Translations under genes and position numbers: made by a program
Notes under the pieces: generated by a model
Told to the model about the DNA's origin: nothing
Database searches by the model: none
The model's input: the letters and a program-made list of their open reading frames with translations, nothing else
In this document: positions 1 to 10,276 of the stretch, in pieces
Numbering within the stretch: the first letter of the stretch is position 1
Layout of the letters: every line of letters begins with the position of its first letter
DNA from: Flavobacterium sp.
Lineage (GTDB): Bacteria; Bacteroidota; Bacteroidia; Flavobacteriales; Flavobacteriaceae
Direction of reading: 5' to 3'
Length of the DNA stretch: 64,000 nucleotides
Assembly: GCF_025352425.1 (NCBI RefSeq)
Contig: NZ_JANXTI010000103.1
Coordinates: 20,964-84,963 of the forward strand

Positions 1-1
1 T

Positions 2-376
2 CTATCTTTTCGAGGTATTGAAGCTGAAATCAAACGATTGGCTATTCGTGCCCGTGACGGACAAATCACGGTTGATGAAATGACTGGTGGAACTTTTACC
101 ATTTCAAATGGTGGTGTTTTTGGAAGCATGTTGAGCACGCCAATCATCAATCCGCCACAATCAGGAATTCTTGGAATGCACAATGTTGTAGAAAGAGCAA
201 TTGTAAAAAAGGGTCAAATCGTTATTGCACCAGTAATGTTCGTAGCATTGTCTTATGACCACAGAATCATTGATGGGCGTGAGTCGGTTGGATTCTTAGT
301 GGCTGTGAAGGAAGCGTTAGAAAAACCAGAAGAATTATTAATGGATAACAATGTCAAGAAAGCATTGGAACTTTAA
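2..376 (+). CDS. sucB: dihydrolipoyllysine-residue succinyltransferase (2-oxoglutarate dehydrogenase E2), C-terminal part; 5' end outside window
   Basis: Frame is open from the window edge (tracked ORF 38..376 starts at an internal TTG). Carries the acyltransferase catalytic motif [11 protein letters not shown] and [10 protein letters not shown]. Confidence 0.9.
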   Translation, partial: LSFRGIEAEIKRLAIRARDGQITVDEMTGGTFTISNGGVFGSMLSTPIINPPQSGILGMHNVVERAIVKKGQIVIAPVMFVALSYDHRIIDGRESVGFLVAVKEALEKPEELLMDNNVKKALEL

Positions 377-392
377 TAAATAACTATTAAAT

Positions 393-428
393 AAAAAAGC
401 CGTTTAGAATTTCTAAACGGCTTTTTTT
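393..428. terminator. bidirectional rho-independent terminator between sucB and the convergent lipoprotein gene
   Basis: A-run, then stem GCCGTTTAGAA / TTCTAAACGGC, then T-run. Confidence 0.7.
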
Positions 429-445
429 AAGTGTTTAAAATGATA

Positions 446-874
446 TTATGGAGCTGCAGTTACACTAGAAGAAAAAGTACCTTCAGTAATAACTACGTTA
501 GTACCACCAGAGAACGGCTCTAAAGTTCCAGAAAAAGTTCCTTTAACCGAGCTTGCACTATTTTTTGTAACATTTGATGTAAAAGTTACTGGTGAGTAGC
601 TATCTGTAGTGTTGTCATAATAAAATCCAGTGATTTTATCAGCACCAGTACCAGCTTCAACATTAAAATCTACTGATTCAGTTGGAGTGTCAATGTTACC
701 GATATAACCATACACTGATGTTGTTCCAGCAGATGAATACGCTACTGTTTTAAAGCTTTTTTTAACTCCACCAACTTTCATGCTCATTGAGCTTCCGCCA
801 CCGCTATCACTTGAACATGAGTTTAATGACACAGTTAATGCAACTGCAGAAACGAATAAAAATAATTTTTTCAT
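446..874 (-). CDS. small lipoprotein, unknown function
   Basis: Signal peptide ending in lipobox-like LNSC, followed by a Ser/Gly/Thr-rich mature part. Confidence 0.6.
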   Translation of the reverse strand: MKKLFLFVSAVALTVSLNSCSSDSGGGSSMSMKVGGVKKSFKTVAYSSAGTTSVYGYIGNIDTPTESVDFNVEAGTGADKITGFYYDNTTDSYSPVTFTSNVTKNSASSVKGTFSGTLEPFSGGTNVVITEGTFSSSVTAAP

Positions 875-1018
875 AATGTTTTGTTTTTATAATGTTATTG
901 ATTGTGAAAATAAAAATTAACTTTAATAAAGCAAGCATATTCTTAATTATTTGTTGAAGTGATAAACTGCAAAAATCTATTTGTTATTTGTTTTATGTTT
1001 TTTGTATTTTTATGCGCT

Positions 1019-2266
1019 ATGAAGAAAAACCAAAAACAAGCAGCAATCGGATTTATTTTTATCACGATGCTTATCGATATTACAGGTTGGGGAATTATCA
1101 TTCCCGTTATCCCCAAATTAATTGAAGAACTTATTCATGGCGATATCAGTGAAGCCGCAAAATATGGAGGATGGCTTACTTTTGCATATGCCATAACCCA
1201 GTTTGTCTGCGCTCCTTTAATTGGAAATTTGAGTGATAAATATGGACGGCGTCCGATTATTTTGATTTCACTTTTCGCTTTTGCACTGGATTATCTTTTG
1301 TTGGCTTTTTCACCAACTATAGTTTGGCTATTTGTCGGAAGAATTATTGCAGGTTTAACAGGTGCAAGCATTACAACTGCTTCTGCCTATATTGCTGATG
1401 TAAGCACACCTGAAAACAGAGCAAAGAACTTTGGAATGATTGGTGCTGCTTTTGGTTTGGGATTTATTATAGGACCTGTAATTGGCGGATTGCTTGGGCA
1501 ATTTGGGTCAAGAGTTCCGTTTTATGCTGCGGCAATTTTGTGTATGTTGAATTTCCTTTATGGCTATTTTATTTTGCCTGAATCGTTGTCTAAAAAGAAC
1601 AGACGAGAATTTGAATGGAAACGCGCCAATCCTATTACTGCATTCTTAAATCTAAAAAAGTATCCATCATTAATTGGTTTGATTTTGGCAATTTTTCTTT
1701 TGTATGTTGGTTCGCACGCTGTTCACAGCAACTGGAGTTTTTTCACGATGTATCGTTTTAAATGGGATGAAAAAATGGTCGGAATTTCGCTTGGCGTAGT
1801 TGGACTTTTAGTCGGAATTGTGCAGGGCGGATTAATTCGATGGACAAGCCCAAGACTGGGGAATGAAAAAAGTATCTATATCGGTTTGGCTTTATATACG
1901 ATTGGAATGTTGCTTTTTGCTTTTGCTACACAAAGCTGGATGATGTTTGTATTTCTAGTTCCGTATTGCTTAGGAGGCATTGCGGGTCCGGCATTACAGG
2001 CTACCATTTCTGCAAAAGTTCCGGCTAATGAGCAAGGTGAAATTCAGGGAACGTTAGCAAGTTTGATGAGCGCCTCTGCTATTATTGGTCCGCCAATGAT
2101 GACTAATACCTTTTATTTCTTTACCCATAAAGAAGCACCATTTCAATTTGCGGGCGCGCCGTTTTTATTGGGAAGTTTTTTGATGTTGCTGAGTACTATT
2201 ATCGCTATTTACTCTTTGAAGAAACACGCTACTTCAAATACAAACAATGGCTCGAATAATCAATAA
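1019..2266 (+). CDS. MFS transporter (TCR/Tet-like drug:H+ antiporter family)
   Basis: About 12 hydrophobic segments and MFS motif A-like [11 protein letters not shown]. Tracked ORF starts at GTG 959; the first ATG (MKKNQKQ) is at 1019. Confidence 0.85.
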   Translation: MKKNQKQAAIGFIFITMLIDITGWGIIIPVIPKLIEELIHGDISEAAKYGGWLTFAYAITQFVCAPLIGNLSDKYGRRPIILISLFAFALDYLLLAFSPTIVWLFVGRIIAGLTGASITTASAYIADVSTPENRAKNFGMIGAAFGLGFIIGPVIGGLLGQFGSRVPFYAAAILCMLNFLYGYFILPESLSKKNRREFEWKRANPITAFLNLKKYPSLIGLILAIFLLYVGSHAVHSNWSFFTMYRFKWDEKMVGISLGVVGLLVGIVQGGLIRWTSPRLGNEKSIYIGLALYTIGMLLFAFATQSWMMFVFLVPYCLGGIAGPALQATISAKVPANEQGEIQGTLASLMSASAIIGPPMMTNTFYFFTHKEAPFQFAGAPFLLGSFLMLLSTIIAIYSLKKHATSNTNNGSNNQ

Positions 2267-2675
2267 TCGCTTTGCCTTCCAATAAAATATCCGCACCAAT
2301 AATGCCGTGAACCGGTTTGGCTTTGTATTGTTGCAACGCCTCATTCACATGCGACAAATCAAAAATGACTAAGTGCAAATCGGCAGTTTTCCATCGACCA
2401 ATCTGCATCGAATTATTTTTTGCCAATTGGGTAAACATTCCTGTTGCTCCTGCACCAGATGCTTTGGTTTTCGATTTGCCGGCTTTTAATTCAAACTTTT
2501 CAATGCCTTCAAAGCCAACACAACTATTGGAAGCACCAGTGTCTAAAATGAAATTTCCGGAAACGCCATTAATGCTTGCCTTAATCAATAAATGCTGTGT
2601 TTTTGAAACCTTGAAATTTATTTTCTTGTATTTTTCTTTTTTTAGAATCTCCTGAAGTTGTTTCATAAAATGCAA
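2229..2675 (-). CDS. retropepsin-like (clan AA) aspartic protease, single domain
   Basis: Single ILDTGAS active-site motif and GIIGADIL flap-like segment in 148 aa. No signal peptide. Confidence 0.7.
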   Translation of the reverse strand: MHFMKQLQEILKKEKYKKINFKVSKTQHLLIKASINGVSGNFILDTGASNSCVGFEGIEKFELKAGKSKTKASGAGATGMFTQLAKNNSMQIGRWKTADLHLVIFDLSHVNEALQQYKAKPVHGIIGADILLEGKAIIDYSSHCLYLK

Positions 2676-2778
2676 AATGATGTCAAATGTAATTCAAAAA
2701 TCAACAGCAAACTTTGACCTGAGGCATTGCCGAACGGATTTTTTTAATAAACTTTGGCACTTTGAATTATATTATCTA

Positions 2779-3549
2779 ATGATTTTTACCGATACACATA
2801 CGCATCTTTATTCTGAAGAATTTGATCAGGACCGAAATGAAATGATTCAGCGCGCGATTGATGCCGGAGTTTCCCGTTTTTTTGTACCCTCCATAGATTC
2901 CAATTATACACAGAAAATGTATGCGTTGGAGAAACAGTTTCCTCAAAACATTTTCCTGATGATGGGTTTGCATCCCTGCTATGTAAAGCCTGAAAGCTAT
3001 AAAGAAGAATTGACACATGTCGAAAACGAATTGGAGAAAAGAAAGTTTTACGCTATTGGCGAAATCGGTATTGATTTATTTTGGGACAAGACCTTTTTGA
3101 AACAGCAGCAACACGCTTTTCAGCACCAAATTCAGTTAGCCAAAAAATATAAATTAGCAATCAATATACACTGCCGTGATGCCTTTGATGAAGTTTTTGA
3201 AGTTTTGGATAGCGAAAAAGCAACTGATTTATTTGGAATTTTTCATTGTTTCGCTGGTGATTTCGGTCAGGCCAAAAAAGCAATCGATTTAAATATGAAA
3301 CTCGGAATTGGCGGTGTTGCTACATTCAAAAACGGAAAGATTGACCAGTTTTTAAACAAAATCGATTTGAAACATATTGTTCTCGAAACCGATTCGCCTT
3401 ATTTAGCGCCGGTTCCATTTCGTGGCAAACGAAACGAAAGCAGTTATACCAAATTGGTAGCCGAAAAATTAGCGTCTGTATACCAATTACCGATTGAAGA
3501 AATTGCCCGAATTACAACTGAAAATTCTAAACAGGTTTTTGGGATTTAA
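2779..3549 (+). CDS. TatD family metal-dependent hydrolase (DNase)
   Basis: N-terminal DTHTHL metal-binding motif, plus internal GEIGID and LETDSPY motifs. Start trimmed to ATG 2779 (MIFTDTHTH). Confidence 0.85.
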   Translation: MIFTDTHTHLYSEEFDQDRNEMIQRAIDAGVSRFFVPSIDSNYTQKMYALEKQFPQNIFLMMGLHPCYVKPESYKEELTHVENELEKRKFYAIGEIGIDLFWDKTFLKQQQHAFQHQIQLAKKYKLAINIHCRDAFDEVFEVLDSEKATDLFGIFHCFAGDFGQAKKAIDLNMKLGIGGVATFKNGKIDQFLNKIDLKHIVLETDSPYLAPVPFRGKRNESSYTKLVAEKLASVYQLPIEEIARITTENSKQVFGI

Positions 3550-3614
3550 CTCAAAAATCTAATAAAAATCGACTTTTTTTTTGTTCATTTGTTCCTGCTA
3601 AATTGTAAGCCAAG

Positions 3615-4751
3615 ATGCAAAAATTTGACCCTATCCGACCGTTTTATGATACCGAAGTCAATGAAGCCATTCAATCTGCCGTAAATCATCCGATGATGAA
3701 GGCGTTGATGAGCTTTACTTTTCCTGACGTGGAAGAAGAAGTTTGGAAAAACCAACTCAAAAAAACGCATTCCATACGTGATTTTCAATGTAATTTCATC
3801 TATCAATCCGTTCAAAAAGTACTCGAAAAGAGTTCAGAAGGATTAACCACTTCAGGTTTTGACAAATTGGAACCAAATGTGTCCTACCTTTTTATTTCCA
3901 ATCACAGAGACATTATTTTAGACACTTCGTTGTTAAACGTAGCATTGTTTGACCATGGATTAGTGATGACTGCATCGGCCATTGGGGATAATTTGGTTAA
4001 AAAATCTTTTTTAAAAACGCTGTCAAAACTCAACAGAAACTTTTTAGTACAACGTGGTTTGTCACCAAGGGAGTTGTTGGAAAGTTCTAAATTGCTGTCG
4101 GAATATATTGGACAATTATTATTGCGTGAAAATCGTTCCGTTTGGATTGCCCAACGTGAAGGCAGAACAAAAGATGGTAATGATGCGACACATTCCGGCG
4201 TATTGAAAATGTTGGCAATGGGCTCAGATGAAGCTAGTTTGATGGCGTATTTTAAGAAAATAAAAATTGTTCCGGTTTCGATTTCATATGAATACGACCC
4301 AACCGATGCCTTAAAAATGCCACAGCTGATTGCCGAAGCCAATGATGAAGTTTACATAAAGGAAAAAAATGAAGATTTCGTCACGCTCTTAAGCGGTATT
4401 ATTGGACAAAAGAAGCACATTCACATTCATGTTGGGGATATATTAGACAAAGAACTTGATGGTATAGCTCAGGAGTTTGATAATAACAATAAGCAGGTTC
4501 AGGCTTTGGCGCAGGCTATTGACGACTCCATTTTGCAGAGTTATAAACTCTGGCCAACAAATTATATTGCTTACGATTTATTGAATAAATCAACTACCTA
4601 CAGCCAGTGCTACACAGAAAACGAAAAGTCGCTGTTTGAACGAAGACTGGAAATGAAAATTGACGAAAATAATCCGCAAATGGTTGAAAGCTTTTTAGCA
4701 ATGTATGCCAATCCTGTGGTGAATAAATCAAAATATTTGAATGCAGACTAA
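3615..4751 (+). CDS. PlsC/LPLAT-superfamily acyltransferase
   Basis: Acyltransferase block ISNHRDIILD and EGRTKDG block. Confidence 0.65.
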   Translation: MQKFDPIRPFYDTEVNEAIQSAVNHPMMKALMSFTFPDVEEEVWKNQLKKTHSIRDFQCNFIYQSVQKVLEKSSEGLTTSGFDKLEPNVSYLFISNHRDIILDTSLLNVALFDHGLVMTASAIGDNLVKKSFLKTLSKLNRNFLVQRGLSPRELLESSKLLSEYIGQLLLRENRSVWIAQREGRTKDGNDATHSGVLKMLAMGSDEASLMAYFKKIKIVPVSISYEYDPTDALKMPQLIAEANDEVYIKEKNEDFVTLLSGIIGQKKHIHIHVGDILDKELDGIAQEFDNNNKQVQALAQAIDDSILQSYKLWPTNYIAYDLLNKSTTYSQCYTENEKSLFERRLEMKIDENNPQMVESFLAMYANPVVNKSKYLNAD

Positions 4752-5769
4752 ACCCAACATACTTTTAATTTATACTGGTGGAACTATTGGTATGATAAAA
4801 GATTTTGAAACTGGTGTTTTAAAAGCATTTAACTTTAAAAAACTGTTGCAAAAAATTCCTGAACTCAAACATTTGGAATGCAATATTGAAACAATTTCCT
4901 TTAAAAAACCTATTGATTCATCGAATATAAATCCGGAAAAATGGGTGGAAATCGCAGAAATTATCGAATGCAATTACGCCAGCTTTGACGGATTTGTTGT
5001 GCTACATGGTTCGGATACGATGTCGTATTCGGCTTCAGCATTGAGTTTTATGCTCGAAAATCTGAATAAACCTGTTGTGTTTACAGGTTCACAATTACCA
5101 ATCGGGGATTTGAGAACAGATGCCAAAGAAAATCTGATAACGGCTATTCAAATTGCATCGTTACAGCAAAAAGGAAAGTCTGTAATTCACGAAGTTTGTT
5201 TGTATTTTGAGTACAAATTATACCGCGGAAACCGCACCACCAAAATAAATGCAGAACATTTTAATGCGTTTGCTTCACCCAATTTTCCACAGTTAGCAGA
5301 ATCAGGTGTTCATTTGAATGTAAATTCCAATTTGGTTTTGTCAAAGCAATCCGCCAAAAAATTAGTGGTTCATAAAAAAATGGACAGCAATGTGGTGATT
5401 GTGAAAATGTTCCCAGGGATTAATGAATCTGTTTTGTCTGCCATAATCGCCATCCCTAATTTAAGAGGAATAATTCTTGAAACCTATGGTTCGGGAAATG
5501 CACCAACAGAAGAATGGTTCATACAAACCTTAAAAAAAGCTTTTAAAAGCGGCTTATATATAATAAATGTTACGCAATGTTCCGGCGGAAGCGTTAACAT
5601 GGGGCAATATGAAACCAGTTCACAATTAAAAAAAATCGGAGTAATTTCCGGAAAGGATATCACTACAGAGGCCGGGATTACAAAATTGATGTACTTGTTA
5701 GGACAAAATGTGGCACCAGCCGTTTTCAAAACTATATTTGAAACATCGTTACGCGGTGAAATGCAGTAA
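4741..5769 (+). CDS. ansA: L-asparaginase, type I (cytoplasmic)
   Basis: LIYTGGTIGM threonine active-site motif and HGSDTM. Overlaps the upstream gene by 11 nt. Confidence 0.85.
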   Translation: MQTKPNILLIYTGGTIGMIKDFETGVLKAFNFKKLLQKIPELKHLECNIETISFKKPIDSSNINPEKWVEIAEIIECNYASFDGFVVLHGSDTMSYSASALSFMLENLNKPVVFTGSQLPIGDLRTDAKENLITAIQIASLQQKGKSVIHEVCLYFEYKLYRGNRTTKINAEHFNAFASPNFPQLAESGVHLNVNSNLVLSKQSAKKLVVHKKMDSNVVIVKMFPGINESVLSAIIAIPNLRGIILETYGSGNAPTEEWFIQTLKKAFKSGLYIINVTQCSGGSVNMGQYETSSQLKKIGVISGKDITTEAGITKLMYLLGQNVAPAVFKTIFETSLRGEMQ

Positions 5770-5827
5770 CTAATTATCGTTCGTGCTTTTTTTAGTCAAA
5801 TTTTTTGCTGTTCTTTGCAACACAATT

Positions 5828-5912
5828 AGAGAGGTGGCCGAGTGGCTGAAGGCGCACGCTTGGAAAGCGTGTTTATGGTAACATAACGAGGGTTCGAATC
5901 CCTTCCTCTCTG
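5828..5912 (+). tRNA. tRNA-Ser (anticodon GGA)
   Basis: 7-bp acceptor stem AGAGAGG/CCTCTCT. Anticodon stem CACGC/GCGTG with loop TTGGAAA. Long variable arm, T-loop GGTTCGAATCC. CCA is not encoded. Confidence 0.9.
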
Positions 5913-5935
5913 CTTTTCTTCTCTAAAATGGTTAT

Positions 5936-6652
5936 ATGAGATTCTATCTTTTCATCCTCACATTTTTTACCACACTAAGCATTTTTGCCCAGGAAAATGG
6001 AGTTAAGAATGATGTTAAGGATGAAATAAATTTTGATGCTGTCGATTCTTTATATCGCGAAGATCAGTTTTATTTAAATATTACTTACAACGCTCTTCAG
6101 CATCGCCCGGATGGACTTACTCAGAACAAACTCTCTCCCGGAATTGCCTTTGGATTTTTAAGGGATATGCCAATTAATAAAAAGCGAACAGTTTCCATAG
6201 CGGCAGGTTTCGGCTATACGTTAGCTATCTACAGTCAGAATTTAGGAATCAGGGAAAGTAATGGAATTAACACTTACCAGATTTTTGATTCTGATGTTTC
6301 CTTTTCAAAAAACAAATTATCACTTCATTTTGTTGATTTACCGATAGAATTCAGATGGCGCGATTCTAAGCCGGAAAGCCATATATTCTGGCGAGTTTAT
6401 ACTGGTGTAAAATTGAGTTATTTGTTTTATGACCAATATAAATCAAAGGCATCTATTGGCGACTTTAAGCAATCCAACAATAAAGATTTGAATCAATTTC
6501 AATATGGAGTTTATGTAGCCGCAGGTTGGAATACGTGGAATTTTTATTTCTATTATGGACTAAATCCTATATTTAAATCTTCAGCCAAAGTGGAAGGTCA
6601 GTCGATTGATATGAAGACTACCAATTTTGGCCTCATGTTTTATATTCTATAG
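5936..6652 (+). CDS. outer-membrane beta-barrel (porin-family) protein
   Basis: Signal peptide, alternating amphipathic strands, C-terminal aromatic residues (MFYIL). Confidence 0.55.
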   Translation: MRFYLFILTFFTTLSIFAQENGVKNDVKDEINFDAVDSLYREDQFYLNITYNALQHRPDGLTQNKLSPGIAFGFLRDMPINKKRTVSIAAGFGYTLAIYSQNLGIRESNGINTYQIFDSDVSFSKNKLSLHFVDLPIEFRWRDSKPESHIFWRVYTGVKLSYLFYDQYKSKASIGDFKQSNNKDLNQFQYGVYVAAGWNTWNFYFYYGLNPIFKSSAKVEGQSIDMKTTNFGLMFYIL

Positions 6653-7252
6653 CCAAAAATAGAGCAATATACTTTGTGGAATTACGCCACACAAAAATCC
6701 AACTAACAATTCTTTATTCGTATGCGCTTTCATGGCTAAGCGTGACGAAGCAACAACACCATTCATTAGTACAAAAAAAGTAACCGTATTTATGGTGTTG
6801 ATTTGATTATGAATACTCAAACCAATTATAAAAATGGTTAGCGAACTGATGCCAATCATGTGAATGCTTGCTTTCAATTTGACATATAGCAACAAAAATG
6901 TAAAAATGGCACTCAGTAATCCTCCGACAAAAAAGAAATATAGACTTGAAAACCGATCAATCGTTATACTTTTTTCAATTAAAACGGCAAATAATATTAT
7001 CTGCAATAACAAAGGAATTTTGCGCTGCGAAATATCCGAAAGCATGACATTCTCTATTTTTCCAAAAGTTCTTAGCAGATAAAAAAAAGCAATTGGCAAT
7101 AGGAAGGTAATGATAATTATCTGCAAAAAAAGAATAACATATTGAGGCAGAGTAAAATACTTGGCTTCGAGCAAAACATAAAAAATAGTTCCTAAAAGCG
7201 GAATGAAAATAGGGTGGAAGAGATACGAAAAAAAAGGGAGGAGTTTTTTCAA
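6647..7252 (-). CDS. integral membrane protein, possibly PAP2-like phosphatase
   Basis: Six hydrophobic segments. SRLAMKAHTNKE resembles PAP2 motif C3 (SRx5Hx3D/E). Lies 6 nt downstream of rpoN. Confidence 0.4.
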   Translation of the reverse strand: MKKLLPFFSYLFHPIFIPLLGTIFYVLLEAKYFTLPQYVILFLQIIIITFLLPIAFFYLLRTFGKIENVMLSDISQRKIPLLLQIILFAVLIEKSITIDRFSSLYFFFVGGLLSAIFTFLLLYVKLKASIHMIGISSLTIFIIGLSIHNQINTINTVTFFVLMNGVVASSRLAMKAHTNKELLVGFLCGVIPQSILLYFWL

Positions 7253-7258
7253 AGTTTT

Positions 7259-8728
7259 TTAAATCTTTTTCCTCATTCTTGCGACAGGAATATCAAGTAA
7301 ATCCCTGTATTTTGCAATGGTTCTTCGCGCAATTGGATAGCCTTTCTCCTTTAGGATTTCGGTTAACCGATCATCAGGCAGAGGTTTGCTTTTGTCTTCT
7401 TCCTCGATAATCGTTTTCAGGATTTTTTTGATTTCAAGCGTAGAAACATCTTCGCCCTGGTCGTTTTTCATTGATTCCGAAAAATATTCTTTTATCAGTT
7501 TCGTACCATATGGCGTTTCAACATATTTACTGTTTGCGACACGGGAAACAGTAGAAATATCAAGCCCAACCATATCGGCGATGTCTTTCAAAATCATTGG
7601 TTTCAATTTAGTTTCTTCGCCATCAAGGAAATATTCCTGCTGGAAATGCATAATGGCATTCATAGTTACATAAAGCGTTTCCTGTCGTTGGCGAATAGCA
7701 TCGATAAACCATTTAGCTGAATCCAGTTTTTGCTTAATAAATTGCACGGCATCCTTTTGCGAATGCGATTTGTCTTTGGAATCTTTATAGGTTTGAAGCA
7801 TTTCCTGATAATCTTTTGAAATATGCAAAGTTGGCGCATTCCTGCCGTTCAAGGTAAGTTCCAGTTCGCCTTCCACTATACGGATAGCAAAATCGGGAAC
7901 AATCTGTTCTACCGATCGGCTATTGACTTCAAAAGCGCCACCTGGTTTTGGATTCAGTTTTTCAATTTCTTCAATCGCTTTTTTAAGTTGGTCTTTCGAA
8001 ATTTCATAAGTCACCATTAATTTTTCATAGTGCTTTTTGGTAAACGCATCAAATTCGTTTTCGATGATGTTGATAGCCAAATCAATGTATTCCGTTGGTG
8101 TTTTGTGTCGAAGTTGCAATAACAAACATTCGTGTAAATCTCTGGCGCCAACTCCGGAAGGCTCTAAATCATGAATGATATGCAGAATTTTTTCAACTGA
8201 TTTTTCATCGGTGTACAGGCCTTGTGTAAAAGCCATATCGTCAACAATATCCTGAACATCCCTTCGCAAATAGCCATCATCGTCAATACTTCCAACGAGG
8301 AACTCGGCAATCTCGCGCTGTTGATCTGTTAATATAAAGGTATTTAACTGATTGATTAAATCCTGGTGAAAGCTCGTGGATGCTGCAAATGGCATTTGTC
8401 GTTCTTCATCGTCATCGCTATAGTTGTTGGCCTGCAGTTTGTAGTCGGGTGTTTCGTCGTTGCTTAAATATTCGTCAATATTGATTTCGTCGGTTTCGAT
8501 GTTTTCGCTGCCTTCATAATCATCATATTCCTCATTGTTGTCAAACTCATCCTTTTCATATAATTCCTGCTCCTCATCCCTGCCCGTTTCCAAAGCCGGA
8601 TTTTCTACCATTTCCTCTTTCAAACGTTGCTCAAATGCCTGCGTAGGCAGTTGTATCAACTTCATCAACTGGATTTGCTGAGGTGATAGTTTTTGTGATA
8701 ATTTTAGATTTAGGAACTGCTTTAACAT
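7259..8728 (-). CDS. rpoN: RNA polymerase sigma-54 factor
   Basis: Acidic region II, HTH, and C-terminal RpoN box ARRTIAKYR. Confidence 0.95.
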   Translation of the reverse strand: MLKQFLNLKLSQKLSPQQIQLMKLIQLPTQAFEQRLKEEMVENPALETGRDEEQELYEKDEFDNNEEYDDYEGSENIETDEINIDEYLSNDETPDYKLQANNYSDDDEERQMPFAASTSFHQDLINQLNTFILTDQQREIAEFLVGSIDDDGYLRRDVQDIVDDMAFTQGLYTDEKSVEKILHIIHDLEPSGVGARDLHECLLLQLRHKTPTEYIDLAINIIENEFDAFTKKHYEKLMVTYEISKDQLKKAIEEIEKLNPKPGGAFEVNSRSVEQIVPDFAIRIVEGELELTLNGRNAPTLHISKDYQEMLQTYKDSKDKSHSQKDAVQFIKQKLDSAKWFIDAIRQRQETLYVTMNAIMHFQQEYFLDGEETKLKPMILKDIADMVGLDISTVSRVANSKYVETPYGTKLIKEYFSESMKNDQGEDVSTLEIKKILKTIIEEEDKSKPLPDDRLTEILKEKGYPIARRTIAKYRDLLDIPVARMRKKI

Positions 8729-8781
8729 TCTATGTTTATTAGGGTATTTATAGATTTGGTTATCTGTAAAGTTAAAAACAA

Positions 8782-8797
8782 ATAACCGAATAACCGA
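8782..8797. repeat. micro-tandem repeat ATAACCGA x2 in the rpoN upstream region
   Basis: Exact 8-mer duplication seen directly. Confidence 0.8.
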
Positions 8798-8812
8798 ATC
8801 AACACATCAACT

Positions 8813-10246
8813 TTAAAACTCGGCGTTTTGTGGCGTTCTTGGAAATGGAATTACGTCGCGGATGTTTGTCATTCCGGTTACAAAAAGTACTAATCTTTCA
8901 AATCCCAGTCCGAATCCTGAATGCACCGCCGAACCAAATCTTCTTGTGTCTAAATACCACCAAAGTTCTTCTTCGTCAATTCCGAGTGCTTTCATTTTTT
9001 CAACTAAAACTTCGTAACGTTCTTCTCTTTGTGAACCGCCGACAATTTCTCCAATTCCCGGGAAAAGAATATCCATAGCGCGGACAGTCTTTCCATCTTC
9101 ATTTAAACGCATGTAAAATGCCTTGATATTAGCCGGATAATCAAACAAAATCACGGGACATTTAAAGTGTTTTTCTACCAAATAACGTTCGTGTTCACTT
9201 TGTAAATCGGCGCCCCATTCGTTGATGATATAGCTAAATTTTTTCTTTTTATTTGGAGTTGAATCTCGTAAAATATTAATAGCTTCAGTGTAAGAAACAC
9301 GCTTAAAATTATTTTCTAACACAAAGTTTAATTTCTCTAACAATGACATTTCGCTTCTTTCAGCTTGTGGCTTTGATTTTTCTTCTTCTGTCAAACGGCT
9401 TTCCAAAAACTTTAAATCGTCCTGGCATTTATCCATCGTATACTTAATTACGTATTGGATAAAATCTTCTGCCAAATCCATATTGTCATTCAAATCATTA
9501 AAGGCAACTTCGGGTTCTATCATCCAAAATTCCGCCAGATGACGTGAAGTATTTGAATTTTCAGCTCTAAATGTTGGTCCAAAGGTATAAATCTGACCCA
9601 AAGCCATGGCGAAAGTTTCACCTTCCAATTGACCGGAAACAGTTAGGTTGGTGTGTTTTCCGAAAAAATCTTTTTTGTAATCGATGTTTCCTTCTTCGTT
9701 TTTGGGAAGATTATCCAATGGCAACGATGTTACCTGAAACATTTCTCCCGCGCCTTCCGCATCGGCACCTGTAATTACAGGCGTGTTTACATAAACAAAA
9801 CCTTTTTCCTGAAAATATTGATGAACCGCAAAAGCCAAAACCGAACGCACTCGCATTATCGCACCAAAAGCATTGGTTCGAACCCGTAAATGCGCATTTT
9901 CACGTAGAAATTCCAACGAATGTTTCTTTGGCTGCATTGGGAATTTCTCTGCGTCGGAATCACCTAAGATTTCTAATTTAGAAACCTGAATTTCATATTT
10001 CTGACCTGCACCTTTGCTTTCTACCAAAGCTCCGGTTACCGAAACAGCTGCTCCTGTTGTGATTCTTTTTAAGGTTTCTTCCGGCGTGTTTTCAAAATCG
10101 ACAACACACTGAATATTATTAATTGTAGAACCATCGTTCAACGCAATAAATTGATTGTTTCTAAAAGTTCTTACCCAACCTTTTGCATTTACGGTTGAAA
10201 GTGTTGTTTCACTGTTTAGTAAGCTTTTAACTTTTGTATGTTTCAT
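8813..10246 (-). CDS. asnS: asparagine--tRNA ligase
   Basis: Class II motif 3 [17 protein letters not shown], and an N-terminal OB fold. Confidence 0.95.
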   Translation of the reverse strand: MKHTKVKSLLNSETTLSTVNAKGWVRTFRNNQFIALNDGSTINNIQCVVDFENTPEETLKRITTGAAVSVTGALVESKGAGQKYEIQVSKLEILGDSDAEKFPMQPKKHSLEFLRENAHLRVRTNAFGAIMRVRSVLAFAVHQYFQEKGFVYVNTPVITGADAEGAGEMFQVTSLPLDNLPKNEEGNIDYKKDFFGKHTNLTVSGQLEGETFAMALGQIYTFGPTFRAENSNTSRHLAEFWMIEPEVAFNDLNDNMDLAEDFIQYVIKYTMDKCQDDLKFLESRLTEEEKSKPQAERSEMSLLEKLNFVLENNFKRVSYTEAINILRDSTPNKKKKFSYIINEWGADLQSEHERYLVEKHFKCPVILFDYPANIKAFYMRLNEDGKTVRAMDILFPGIGEIVGGSQREERYEVLVEKMKALGIDEEELWWYLDTRRFGSAVHSGFGLGFERLVLFVTGMTNIRDVIPFPRTPQNAEF

Positions 10247-10266
10247 TTTTAATTCTTTTTCTGATG

Positions 10267-10274
10267 CAAATATA
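10267..10274 (-). promoter_or_regulatory. -7 box TATATTTG for asnS
   Basis: Matches the Bacteroidota primary-sigma -7 consensus TAnnTTTG. 20 nt upstream of the start codon. Confidence 0.45.
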
Positions 10275-10276
10275 AA

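Noticed and set aside
2317-2655. 112-aa plus-strand ORF
   Set aside because: It lies entirely antisense within the DTG protease gene, which has a clear active-site motif. It is a mirror ORF with no motif of its own.
3902-4342. 146-aa minus-strand ORF
   Set aside because: It is antisense inside the acyltransferase gene. It has no start context and a low-complexity composition.
5828-5912. tRNA-Ser as an integration site for a genomic island
   Set aside because: Both flanks are ordinary genes (ansA and a porin-like gene starting 24 nt downstream). There is no integrase, and I did not see a duplicated tRNA 3' end nearby.
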